A DNA stretch of 51,101 nt, taken from the NCBI GenBank assembly GCA_051453625.1, contig JBOZIK010000001.1, positions 39,856,760 to 39,907,860 on the forward strand, written 5' to 3'. The position numbers were made by a program, and so were the translations under genes. This stretch comes from Welwitschia mirabilis (Eukaryota). This document shows, piece by piece, positions 25,688-39,489 of this stretch (the first letter of the stretch is position 1; every line of letters starts with the position of its first letter). Under the pieces are notes generated by a model. It saw nothing but the letters and a program-made list of their open reading frames with translations, had not been told where the DNA came from and did not search any database.

Positions 25688-28600
25688 ACTTCAACCTTGT
25701 AGCTTTATAGATGGTCCCTTTTCAATCATCATATCTCATTCACTTGCTTATGTGATCATTTAGACTCATTTTAACACTTGATTCATGACATTGAATGGCA
25801 TCAGAGCATTTCAGAACACCAATACATTAGAAAACTACTTTTTCGAAGCTATAATTTATACATTTCTAGTCATTTTTTAGTTAAACTTGATTCTTTCATG
25901 TAATATNNNNNNNNNNNNNNNNNNNNNNNNNNNNNNNNNNNNNNNNNNNNNNNNNNNNNNNNNNNNNNNNNNNNNNNNNNNNNNNNNNNNNNNNNNNNNN
26001 NNNNNNNNNNNNNNNNNNNNNNNNNNNNNNNNNNNNNNNNNNNNNNNNNNNNNNNNNNNNNNNNNNNNNNNNNNNNNNNNNNNNNNNNNNNNNNNNNNNN
26101 NNNNNNNNNNNNNNNNNNNNNNNNNNNNNNNNNNNNNNNNNNNNNNNNNNNNNNNNNNNNNNNNNNNNNNNNNNNNNNNNNNNNNNNNNNNNNNNNNNNN
26201 NNNNNNNNNNNNNNNNNNNNNNNNNNNNNNNNNNNNNNNNNNNNNNNNNNNNNNNNNNNNNNNNNNNNNNNNNNNNNNNNNNNNNNNNNNNNNNNNNNNN
26301 NNNNNNNNNNNNNNNNNNNNNNNNNNNNNNNNNNNNNNNNNNNNNNNNNNNNNNNNNNNNNNNNNNNNNNNNNNNNNNNNNNNNNNNNNNNNNNNNNNNN
26401 NNNNNNNNNNNNNNNNNNNNNNNNNNNNNNNNNNNNNNNNNNNNNNNNNNNNNNNNNNNNNNNNNNNNNNNNNNNNNNNNNNNNNNNNNNNNNNNNNNNN
26501 NNNNNNNNNNNNNNNNNNNNNNNNNNNNNNNNNNNNNNNNNNNNNNNNNNNNNNNNNNNNNNNNNNNNNNNNNNNNNNNNNNNNNNNNNNNNNNNNNNNN
26601 NNNNNNNNNNNNNNNNNNNNNNNNNNNNNNNNNNNNNNNNNNNNNNNNNNNNNNNNNNNNNNNNNNNNNNNNNNNNNNNNNNNNNNNNNNNNNNNNNNNN
26701 NNNNNNNNNNNNNNNNNNNNNNNNNNNNNNNNNNNNNNNNNNNNNNNNNNNNNNNNTATAATTTATACACTTCTAGTCATTTTTTAGTTAAACTTGATTC
26801 TTTCATGTAATATCAGCCACAAGAGACAAAATTGAATCAATGTACTTTTAAAAAACTAAATAAGTTAATTTTTAAAACTACCTATTTTTCACTATAGCAT
26901 AATTTCATGAGTAACTTGATGCTAGAGCACCATTTAACAATTTTACCTACTCAATCATGAATTAATGTGAAAATTAAATGGTTTTGGTAACTCTTCAACT
27001 TGAAACTGATCCAAGTGCACCTATGAATACCCCTCTCAATATCGAAACTCATATCACAACATTATTATACCTAATTTATGCCATTTTGATGTGATTGAAG
27101 TCATTCTTAAGCACTAGAAGGAGATTTTCTACTTCAATTCTTTTACATTTTTTCACTTTCAAGTTGATATTCTCTCTATATTAGCTTTAAAATCCTTTCA
27201 CATTCTTCATTCACATCCTTTTATTCATATTAATCCATTTTTAGCCTCTTACACCATTTTACATTCCATTGTCCATCATCTTTTCTTTCATTTTCATTCA
27301 TGTGGAGGGCATTACAAGGATGGTGAAGTGTACTTGAATGAATAATGTAGGAGGAAAAAAAGGCATAAAATCTTATAAGCAATTGGATCGAATACTAACA
27401 GAAATGGCTGTTATTTTATCTAAAACCAATAAGTTCCATTTTCCTTATGTTTTTATGTTTTTGATTACTTGATTCATGCACTTTACCATGTGTTTCTTTC
27501 AATTTAGTTAGACTTCTTATAGAATGTTGTATAATTAATGCTAATTATATTGTGCTACATTTAGTACGTATCATAGAAAATTGAAAGTTTTCATGGTTTT
27601 TCACTCTATGTTAAATAAATCATGGGTTTTATTTCTATTCTTCCTTCTTTCTTCCATTTTTCTTATTTTTCTAGTACATTTTCTTATGATTCCACCTTTT
27701 TTATAAGTCAAATGATGGTGATTTGACATTTTCTTCTTTCCAATAACAGTTAGATTGATTTATGAACATGTTATTTACATTTATCTTTACATGAATTATT
27801 CTCTTTTCTTTTTCCTTTTCTTAAAATCGAAGTCACATAATGAATTTCAGTGCTTATTCTAGCCATAATTATTTGTCTGTAAGTCTAATGTTTCTTAAAT
27901 TTTATTAGTAATTTCCTCTTAGGATAAAAAAATTTCATCCTTAATTAGTCAAAACACAAATTTAACCTCTAAAATTTCTTTTTCGGCCATTTATAATTAA
28001 GGCTATGGTTTTCTATAGAAAAATTTCTGAACTATCAAATCTTAATTTTCTTTATCTTGTAAAGTAAATTTCTCTCTCTCATTATTGATGTGTTTTTAGA
28101 ACTTCAAGATCCTCTCTTGTAGTTGGTTTTGCTACTTTCCAAATATGCAATCCAAGGTTTCTCAAGTTTTATAGTTTTATTAATAGTCTTAGTCAAAGTA
28201 CAATTGATTGTAATTTTTGCAATTTTTTCCAGATGAACTGTTTCTATTAGTTTCAATAGATTCTACTTGATCTTAAATGTTTGATTATACAAACTTGTTT
28301 TAAGATATATTTTTAGTATTTTAAAGGTTATGAGATTTTATAAGTCCATTCTTTAGAATTTTATTTTTCCCTTTTCTCTCTTTTCCTCCTTTCCCTCTTT
28401 CTTTCAGTCAAAATAGCTTAAAATTAATTAAGTGTCACTTTAATATCATAAACATTTACATGTTGGTTTTTATTAATTACCTATTAATTTAGAACCTAAT
28501 TTATATATTTTAATGCTCTACAACTCATTTCATGATACATAAAGAGATATCTTTTGAGTCAATTATATTGTAATTTAGTGAAAATCTTGAGTAGTCAAAT

Positions 28601-30273
28601 AGTTTGCTAGGTCGCTTTGAAGAATTTAGATTTTTTAAGTGTTATTGATTGATTCTAGAATGTTGTAAATTTTATATATAATGGAATGTGATGTCTAAAT
28701 TACTTAATTACATCTATGTTAAATGATTTGAAGTAGTCAATGTTTCAAAGAAAATTATTATTGTAAGAAAATGATTTTGGTGGCTTTAACTATTTAAGTT
28801 CTCTTACTTGTTTGTTTAAGTTATAAACAATCTTTAGAATCTTAGTGAATGTTTAGAAAGGATATTTAATGATTTTGTTCTTTTCAAATCTCATGAAACT
28901 ATGCTTTTATACATCTAGTTCTTTATATTTAATTTGTCCTAGGAGATCTTTTTATGCTTTAATTTGAAATTTTTTATAATTAAATTTTTTTTTTCCTGAG
29001 TTGAATCATTATGTTAAGTAAAATTTATTTTTGTAAAGGCTCAAAACTAATCTTCTCATTTTAAAAATTGAGTTTTTACTTTATTCGAAATAGGTGCCAT
29101 TGTTGGGGGATACTTATTATTTTTATGTCAAATATTATATCATTCTTTGAGACTTACATACACCAATTAGAAGATGCTTGACGTTAGGTTCTTTTTATAT
29201 TACAATTTCATTGATGAGATCTTAAGCACTAAGCTACACCAATAAGCCTTTTAGATGCACACATTCTAACTTTCACCACTTTTCCATGCATCTCTTTGTC
29301 TTTTCAATGCTATGCATTCATGAGTAATATTTAGATTCATATTAGTAAATGTTTGTATAGTTATGAATCATCTTCATGACATACTCTATACTCACCTTTA
29401 TTTTGATTCATCTTTTAGATGTAAAGGTAACAAAATATTTAAAATAGTCAAAAATGAAAAAATTCTTGTTATTTATGTTTTTGTTTTCTTTAAAACCTAA
29501 ATTAATACTTTTTTGGATGATGAAATGAGAGATATGGGTTTCTATAGTCATAATTAGGAGGGATATAAGCTTTGGAAAGGACCTGCTCCTCTTTCTTTTA
29601 AAAAATTATCAATTAAAAAAAAACCTTTTCTTTTTTTGTTCTTAAGTTTTCTTTTTTCTTTTTTCTTTGATAAATTATAACCAAGCTATGTATTTTTCAC
29701 CTAAAAATCCTAGTTTTTATTTAAGTTGGGGATATAACTAGTTGTTTTTCAACTTTAAAATCTCCATCTTTATTAATATTTTGTATTAAATGCTTGATCA
29801 CTTTTTGTATGACAGTGTATATTTTCCATATGTGGACTCTGTGTGATTCACTATCTTTTGTTAACACTATTTTATGATGTGATATTTGAATGTATTTTAA
29901 TTTCCTTTAGCTTGTGCTCATGTTTTTCTTTACTTTTTGTAAATAACTTAAACTTTTACTTTATTCTATAGATTAATGAATAAAAGATTTAAGTTTATGA
30001 TGTCTATGTGTTTTACGTACTATCTCCTGTGACATATATATTATTATGCTTTTATGGTTACTAGTATTATTTCTTTATAGGTTGTTTGATTTACAGAAGC
30101 AATATTTAAATTTAAAACTATTTACTTAAGCTATAAACATCTTGATTTCTAGCAAGTTTTATTTCTCTTATCATCATCATTTGCATAAGATGTACAAGAA
30201 GACTAATTTGAAGGTGTAATGAAGCCTAAATTTTTGATAAACTATGGTATTAATAGTTATTGTTTTATAGAAC

Positions 30274-33200
30274 TTTTAGAACTATAATACTATACTTAGA
30301 GGTAATTTTATACTTTTAGGTGATAGGAACCTCAAACACTCAATAACATTAAAACAATGCATTATGATCCAGTTTGAAACTATTCATGATGATTGTGATC
30401 AGAAGGTCAAGATCGAGGGTGAAAATGTGGAGCATAGAGGACTATTTCAACCTAGCAACTCTATAGATTATCTCTTTTCTATCATCATGTATCATCCACT
30501 AGATGATGTGATGATTCAAACTCACTTTAACACTTAATACATGACATTGGACAACATTAGAGCCTTTTAGAACATTACTACCTCAAAAAATTTCAATCCA
30601 GGAGTTATAATTTATACATTTCTAGTTATTTTTTAGTCAAATTTGATGTTTTTATGTAATATCATTAATAATATATGCAATTAAGTCAAGTTATTTTTTG
30701 GAAGTTGAGGTAGTTAATTTTTCAAACTACCTATGACACTGCAGTACCATTTATGGGTAAATTGGTATTATAGCGCCATTTGACAGTTTTACCTACTCAA
30801 GCATGTATGACATGTGAAAATTCAATTGTTTTGGTAATTCTCTAGCTTTAAACTAATCCAAGTGCACTATAAATACCTCTATCAATGTTAAAACTCATAT
30901 CACAACATTATTATACCCAATTTATGCTATTTCAGTGTGATTCAAGCTATTCTTAAGCATTAGGAGGAGATTTTCTACTTCAATTCTCTTACATTTTTTA
31001 ACTTTCAAGTTGATCTTCTATTTATATCATCTTTGAAAGCCTTTTACATTCTTTATTTACATCTTATTCTATCACACAATTTCATTTTCAACCTCCTACG
31101 CCCTGTCACATTTTATCTTTCATCATGTTTTCTCTCATTTTCATCCATTCAGAGGGCATTATAGGGGTAATGAAGAGCATGTAAATGAGCAATGCAGAAG
31201 GAGAAGAAGGCATCCAACCTTGTAAGAAATTTGATTGAAGACTGAAAAAAAAGGAATATTATTTTATTTGAAACCAATAAGAGTTCTTTTCCTCATATTT
31301 TTCTACTTTTGATTACTTGATTTATGCATTTTATCATCCGTTTCTTTTAATTTAGTTAGACTTCTCAGCAAGTTGCATAATTAGTACTATATATATTGTT
31401 ATAAATTTAGTACCTATATTAGCATACTAAAATTTAGTATTTTTTTTCACTCTATTTCAAAGAAATCATGTTTTTTATTTCCTTTCTTACTTGTTTCCTC
31501 CATTCTTCTCATTTTTTTAGTACATTTTCTGATGATTCCACCTTTCTTATCAGGTAAATGATGATGAATTACTATTTTCTTATTTCTAGTAGAAGTTATA
31601 TTGGTTTTTAAACATGTTATTTTTATTTATCTGAGATCAAAATTATTTATCTTCGCATGAATTATTCTCTCTTCTTTCTCCTCTTCTCAAAATCGAAGTA
31701 GAATATTGAATTTCATTGCTTGTTTTATCCATTATTATTTGTCTATAAATCCAATGGTTCTGATATTTTATTAGTAGATTTCTCTAAGAATTTAAAAACC
31801 TTTATCCTCAATTAGTTAGAACAAAACTTTTACCTCTAAAACCCCTTTTTGACCATTTATAGTCAAAGCTACAATTTTCTTTAGAAAATGTTCTGAACTG
31901 TCAAATCTTAATTTTCTCCATTCTATAAAGTAAAATTTTTTTTGTCATTGTTGATGTCTTTTTTGAAATTCAAGATGTTATCCTATAGTATTTTTTGAGT
32001 ACCTTTGAGTACTTTTTGAATATACAATCTAGGGTTTCTTGAGCTCTATAATTTTATTAGTAGTCTTGATCAAAGTAGAGTTGACCGTAATCTTTATAGG
32101 TTTTTCTAGATGAACTATTCCTTTTAGTTTTAATTGATTCTACTTGATCTTAAATGTTTAATTCTAGAACTTTTTTAGGAAATATTTTTAGTATTTTAAA
32201 GGTTGTAATATTTTCTAAGTCCATTCTTTAAAATTTTCTCTCTCCCTTTTCTCTTTCTCTTCCTCCTTTCCCTCTTTCTTTTGGTTAAAATAACTTGAAA
32301 TTAACTAAGTGTTACTTTAATTTCATAAATGTTTAGATGATTTTTTTAAATCAATTACCTATTTATCTAGAACATAATTTATATATTTTAATGCTTTTAT
32401 AACTCATTTCATGATAAGTAAAGAGTTATCTTGCAAGTCAATTATATTGCAATTTAGTAAAATTCTTAATGAAGTCAAATATATTGCTATGTTGATTTGA
32501 AGAATTTATCTTTCTAAGTGTCATATTTTAATTTTACAATGTTGTTCATTTTATATATAATGGAATGTAATATTTAAAATACTTAATTACATCTATATTA
32601 AATGATTTCAAGTAGTGAACTTTTCAAAGAAAATTATTTTTGTAAGAAAATAACTTTAGTAGCTTTGACTATTTAAATTCTCTTACTTCTTTGTTTGAGT
32701 TATAAAAGATCTTTAGAATCTTATTGAATATTTATAAAAAATTATGTATTTTTATTTAATTGTATTTTCATTTTCACATCTAATGAAATTATGTTTTTTA
32801 CACAAGTAGTCTTGTATGATAATTAAAAGTCATGTTTTGTAATTACTTATTTGTCACATAAAAGAAATTATTGTTTATCATTTAAAGTGATGGTTTGATA
32901 AGATAATATTAATGTTTCTATATCAACTCATGTCAAGTATTTCATTGGTTCGATACTTGTGTGCTTCAACTATATATGTAATTTAACCTAAGGGATTTTT
33001 TTATGCTTTAAATTAAAATTTTTTATACTTGAGATTTCTTTTCCTAAGTTGACCTATCATGTTAATTCTACATTTATTTTTGCAAAGGCTTAGAGAATAA
33101 TCTCTTTGTTTTAAAAATTGAGTTTTTACTTAACTCAAATTTGGCACCATTGTCAAGGAATTCTTGTTATTTTTATGAGAAATGTTATACCTTTCCTTGA

Positions 33201-34317
33201 AAACTTACATACATCGTTTAGAAGTTTTCTCATTTTAGGTGCTTTTTATATTAAAAATACATGAATAAGATCTTAAGCATTGTACTACATTAATAATCCT
33301 TTTAGATGTAGACATTCTAACTTTCACTACTTTTTTGTACATCTCTTTTTCTTTCTAATACTATGCATTCATGAGTAAAATTTGGATTCCTACTAGTAAA
33401 TGTTGGTATAGTTATGAATCATCTTCATTACATATTCTATGTTTACCTTTATTTTGATTCATCTTTTGAATGTAAAGATGATAAAATATAAAAACCAAAA
33501 GATGGAAAAATTATTATTATATATATTTTTATTTTCTTTAAAACCTAAAAATATTAGTACTTTTTTGGATGATGAAATAAAAGCTACAAGTCTCATGTAG
33601 TTACATTTAGGAGGGTTGTGAGCTTTGAAGAGAACCTACTCCTACTTCTTTTCCAAAAATTATCAATTTACAAATAAAACTTTTCATTTTCTATTTTTAA
33701 TTTCTTTTTTTTTTAATAAATTATGATCAAGCTATGTATTTTTCACCTCAAAATCTAAGTTTTCATTTTAATTAGGGGGTATAACTAGTTGTTTCTTAAT
33801 TTTTAAACCTTCATCTTTATTAATATTTTATATTAAATGCTTGATCATTTCTTATATAATAGTTTATATTTTCCATGTATGAACTTTGTGTGATTCACTA
33901 TCTTTTGTAACACTATTTTACAATATGATATATGAGTGTATTTTCATTTCACGTAGCTTGTGTCCATGTTTTTATTTACTATTTTTAAATGAATAGAAAT
34001 TTTAATTTATTTTATAGATTAATGAATAAAAGATCAAATTTTTTGATGTATTTGTATGTTACTTACTATCTACTATGACATATTTATCATTATGCTTTCA
34101 TAATTACTAGTATTGTTACTTTAAATGTTGTTTGATTTACAGGACCAATATGTAAATTCACAACCATTCTTTTGAGCTGTGAACATCTTAATTGTTAGTA
34201 GGCTTGATTTATCTTATTATTATTACTTACATAAGATGTACAATAATACTAGTCGCAATGCGGTAAAGCTTGAATTTTTGATAAAATACAGTATTAATGG
34301 TTATTATTTTACACTAC
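30274..34317 (+). repeat. Macro-repeat unit 3 (about 4044 bp)
   Basis: Marker-to-marker distance, uninterrupted, collinear with unit 1. Confidence 0.85.
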
Positions 34318-37300
34318 TTTTAGAACTTTAATACTGTACTCAAAGGTATTTTTGTACTTTTTAAGTGACATGGACATCAAACACTTAATGAGATAAAAAT
34401 AATACATTATGATCTAATTTGAGGCTACTCATGATGATTGTGATTAAAAGGTTAAGACCGAGGGCAAAAATGCAAAGCATAGAGGGCTACTTTAATCTAG
34501 CAGCTCTGTAGATGATTTATAATCCCCTTTCCATTATCATATCTCATCCACTTACTAATATCATGATTAGGATTCATTCTAAGACTGGATCCATGACATT
34601 GAATGATATCAGAACCTTTCAAAACATTAGTACCTTGTAAAATTGCATTCCAAAATATATAATTTGTACATTTCTAGTAATGTCATTTTCATGAATAAAT
34701 TAACATTGTAATGCCATTTGATAGTTTTGCCTACTCAAGAATGAAACTGATCTAAGTGCGCCTATAAATGCTCCCCTTAATGTTCAAACTCATATCACAA
34801 CATTATTATACCTTATTTATGCCATTTTGATGTGATTCAAGCTATTCTTAAGCATTGAAAAAAGATTTTCTACTTCAATTCTCTTATATTTTTTCACTTT
34901 CAACTTGATATTCTCTCTATATTAGCTTTGGAAGCCTTCTATATTCTTCATTTACATCTTTTTCTATCACATAAATTCATTGTAACATCCTACACCCTTT
35001 TACATTTCATTTTTCATTATAATTTCTCCCATTTTCATCCATCCAGACGGCATTGCAAAGGTGGTGAAGTGCACATGAATGGATAGTACATGAGGAAGAG
35101 AAGGCATTAAATCTTATAGGTAATTGAATTAAAAACTAATAAAAAGTGCTGTTATTTTATCTGAAATCAATAAGGGTTCTTTTCCTTATGTTTTTATTCT
35201 TTTAACTACTTGGTTTATGCATTTTATTATGCTTTTCTTTTAATTTAGTTAGACTTCTTGTAGTATGTTACATAATTAATACTAATTATATTGTTATGCA
35301 TTTAGCACCTATCATAGCATACTAAAATTTTTCATGGTTGATCACTCTATGTAAAAGGAATCATGTGTTTTATTCTTCTTCTTTCTTCTTTCCTCCATTC
35401 TTCTCATTTTTGTAGTACATTTTTTCAGGATTCCACCTTTCTTCTAAGGAAAATGATGATGAATTTCTATTTTATCATTTCTAATAGAAGTAATTGATTT
35501 ATAAAGATGTTATTTACATTTATCTAAGATCAAAATTATTTCTATTTTTATAAAATTTTTCTCTTTTATTTCTCCTCTTCTTAAAATCAAAGTAGAATAG
35601 TAAATTCCTATGCTTGTTTGGCCATAACAGTTTTTCTACAAATTTATTAGTTTGAAAATTTTATTAATAGATTCCTTGAAAGATTTTAAAACATTCATCC
35701 TCAATTAGCTGAAGCCCAAATTTGGCCTCTATAACCATTTTTTTTGCCATTTATAGTCAAAGTTGTTGTTTGACTTAAGAAAAATATTTAAACCATTAAA
35801 TCTTAATTTTCTCATTCTTACAAAGTAAATTGATCCATCATTATTAATGTGTTTTATAAAATTCAAAATACTATTTTGTAGTATATCTTGAGTACTTTCA
35901 TATTATGCAATCTAGGTTTTCTCAAGCTTTATAGTTTTCTTAATATTCTTGGTCAAAGTAGGGTTGACTATAATTTTTGTAGTTTTTTTTCTAGATGAAC
36001 TGTTTTTATTAGTCTCAATTTATCCTATTTAATCTTGAATTTTTCATTCTACAAACTTTTTTCAAGAAATATTTTGATTATGTTAAAGGTTTTAATATTT
36101 TCTAAGTTTATTTTTATAAATTTTCTCTCTCTTTTTTTTCTTCTCTTCCTTCCTCTTTCTTTTGGTCAAAACAACTTGAAATTAATAGTTACTTCAAGTT
36201 CATAAACATTTACATACTAATGTTTATAAATTAAATATTAATGTAGAACTAATTTAGATGTTTTAATTCTTTTATAACTTACTTTATGATAAGTAAAGAG
36301 CTATCTTTTAAGTTAGTTATATTGCAATTTAGTGAAGATCTTGAAAAAGTTAGATGATTTGCTATGTAAATTGGAAGAATTTAGCTTTTTAAGTATTATC
36401 TTTTAATTGTATGATTTTGTATGTTTTATATAGAAGATAATGTGATGTTTAAATTAACTAATTACATTTATGTTAAATGATTTTAAGTAGTGAACTTTTC
36501 TTTTTGTAAGAAAATGACTTTGGTAGCTTTAACTATTTAAATTCTCTTAATTGTTTATCTGAGTTATAAAAAAATCTTTAGAATCTTAGTGGATGTTTAT
36601 AATTTTTTTAATATTTAATGGTATATTTCTTTTCACATCTCATGAAATTATGCTTTTTCACATGTAGTTATTTAATATATTTAAAAGTCATGTGGTTTGT
36701 ATGTCACATGAAAGATATAGTTGCTTTATTATGTAAAGTGATACTTGAACAAGATCATATTTATATTTTCATATGCATTCATGTCAAGTTTTTCATTTAT
36801 TTGACACTCGTGTGCTTCCACTATATATGCAGTTTGACATAGAAAATTTCTTTATGCTTTAATTTGAAATTTTTTATACTTGAACTTTCTTTCCCTAAGT
36901 TAAATTATTATGTTAAGTACACATTTATTTTTATGAAGACTTAGAGCTAATCTTTCATTTTAAAAATTGAATTTTTACTTCATTTAAAATTGTTTCATTT
37001 TTGAGGAATGCTTGTTATTTTTTCGTGAAATATTATACCCTTCTTTAAGAACTTACATGTACTGATTGGAGATTGCTTGATTTTAGATGCTTTTTATGTT
37101 ACAATTGCATTGACAATATATTAACCATGACACTACATCAACGAGCCTTTCACATGTATACATTCTAACTTTTACTACTTTTTTGTGCATCTCTTTTTGT
37201 TTCCAATACTATGCATTCATGAGTAAAGCTTAGATTCATACAAGTAAATTTTTTTATAGTTATGAATTATCTTCATGACATATTCTTTATTTACCTTTAT

Positions 37301-38165
37301 TTTGATTCATCTTTTGGATGTAAATTTGATAAAATATAAAATACCAAAATATGCAAAAATTCTTGTTATTTATGTTTTTCTTTTTTTCTAAAACCTAAAA
37401 ATAATGGTCATTTTTTGGATGATGAAATGAAAGCTACTAGTCTCATGTAGTCACATTCAGGAGGGCTATGAGTTTTGGGGAGGACCTACTCCTCTTTGTT
37501 TTCTAAAAATTATCAATTTAGGAAAAAGATCTTTTCATTTTTATTCTTAAGTTTCATTTTTCCTTTAATAAATTATAATCAAGCTATGTATTTTTCACCT
37601 CAACATCTTAGTTTCATTTAAGTTAGGGGCATAACTAGTTATTTTCTAACTTTTCAACCTTCATCTTTATTAATATTTTGTATTAAATGCTTGATAATTT
37701 TTGGTGTGACAGTATATATTTTCCATGTGTAAGGTCTGTGTGATTATCTTTTGTAATAGTATTTTATGATATGATATTTGAGTTATTTTCATTTCATTTA
37801 GCTTGTGTTCATGTTTTTCTTTAATTTTTACAAATGAATAAACTTTTACTTTATTTTATGGATTAATGAATAAAGGTTCAAACTTTCTAATGTCTTTGTA
37901 TTTTACTTATTATTTGTTATGACATGTATGATTACTGGTACAATTGCTTAATATATTGTTTAATTTATAAGACCAACATTTAGATCAAAAACCATCCATT
38001 TAAGCTATGAACATCTTGACTATTAGTAGGCTTTATTTCTCTTATTGTCATTAAGTGCACAAGATGTACAAAAAGAATGAGTTGTATAAGAAGACTAGTT
38101 AAGGGGTGTAATTAAGTCTGAAGTTTTGATAGAATACAGTATTAATAATCATTATATTACATTAC
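34318..38165 (+). repeat. Macro-repeat unit 4 (about 3848 bp)
   Basis: Marker-to-marker distance; private deletions near 34680 and 34740. Confidence 0.85.
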
Positions 38166-38402
38166 TTTTAGAACTATAATATTACACTTAGTGGGAATTT
38201 TATACTTTTTAGATGACAAGAACCTAAAACACTCAATGATCTTATAGCTATGCATTATAATCTAGTTTAAGGCTATTTGTAATGATTGTCATAAGGAGGT
38301 TGNNNNNNNNNNNNNNNNNNNNNNNNNNNNNNNNNNNNNNNNNNNNNNNNNNNNNNNNNNNNNNNNNNNNNNNNNNNNNNNNNNNNNNNNNNNNNNNNNN
38401 NN

Positions 38403-39122
38403 AGAAATAAATATAGAATACAAATTTGACATCGTTATTGTATGCAAACCAAAAGGGTCTATGGTTAAGTAATAATTGTATTTTCTAATTATTTTAAATC
38501 TTATAATGTATGAATAGAGTCTAAATAGGATTTGATCCTAGGTTCCGTTGTGCATGATAGTTAATAACTATATAAAAAAATAGTATGGTTAATTAGGGTA
38601 ATTAAAGTTGGGGCGTTAGATGTTATCTCATCTTTATGTAACAATTGGTATTTTAATATAAAGCTGAAAAGTATTTGAGTATTATTGTGTGCATAATTTA
38701 TTACTTGAAAAAGTAATATTACTTTTGTCTTGCTTCTGTTTGTGTAGCTAAACATAAACTAGGATAATTATAGTACTTAGAAATAAGTATTGCTCAGTAG
38801 CCTATTTAACTTCTAACATGTTCTATTTCTTTCATTATTCTCCCTTGATGTAATATATGTACGTAGTAATTAAGCTTCAATAAATAACCTGACTATTTTA
38901 AGTAACTTCATCATAAAACTATTATGATGGTGAAATTTGAACTAAATATTTAAGTCTCAACTAGTTCTTTAGTAATCCTTTGACGTATTTTTATTTAATT
39001 ATGTGTTCTTATTTCAGATTAGTAGTAGCATAGTTTCTACATTTTTCTAGCATTATTTTATAGTTTTTTATCTTATCTTGTGATACTTTTTACACTTATT
39101 TTATCATATAAGCTACCCATCA
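38403..39122 (+). repeat. 5' LTR (visible part)
   Basis: About 38619-39122 aligns with about 48783-49451; ends CTACCCATCA. Confidence 0.8.
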
Positions 39123-39125
39123 TTT

Positions 39126-39141
39126 TGGCGCTAAAAGGAGG
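39126..39141 (+). promoter_or_regulatory. PBS complementary to tRNA-Asn 3' end
   Basis: TGGCGCTAAAAGGAGG versus TGGCGCTAGAAGGAGG (15/16), the complement of the plant tRNA-Asn 3' end CCTCCTTCTAGCGCCA, recalled from memory. Confidence 0.75.
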
Positions 39142-39489
39142 ATGTCTCTAAAGTCAACAAGCAAAGATGACAAAAACTGCCATGCAATAAGATAGTCAAG
39201 GAAAATGATGAGATGAAAGAGGTAGTTATATTAAAGATCCACATAAATATGGTCTAGATAAGTGGATCAAAAGTATTATTAAATTAGAGGTAGAAGAAGA
39301 CAATTGTACAAAGGATGAAGTAACCTTAAAAAAGATGGTAAAAGATCAAATCTTTCTCAAATTGATGATTGAATCTGAGTAATAATTGTATAGCATTTTT
39401 ACATCACTACACTTACCAAGAGAATATTCTTAAATAATTCAGGTTAGAAAACCTAAAAAAAAGTTGTAATAGGATGTTGTTAGGAAAAT

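Larger units (their letters stand above)
18081..30273 (+). repeat. Macro-repeat unit 2, split by the SIRE insertion and an 850-N gap (about 3850 bp once these are removed)
   Basis: The unit reads through the insertion: GAGGACAACTTC | AACCTTGTAGC versus GGACTACTTCAACCTAGCAGC in unit 1. Confidence 0.85.

Noticed and set aside
11520..26810. Long ORFs of 220-307 aa in the track (11520-12182, 13099-14018, 25877-26810) and shorter ones at about 19739-20032
   Set aside because: They are almost entirely X from N gaps, so they are not evidence of coding.
25850..26813. 57-bp near-identical repeat on both sides of the 850-N gap
   Set aside because: Most likely a contig overlap or haplotype artefact (one mismatch, far closer than true units). 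A hidden extra unit cannot be fully excluded.
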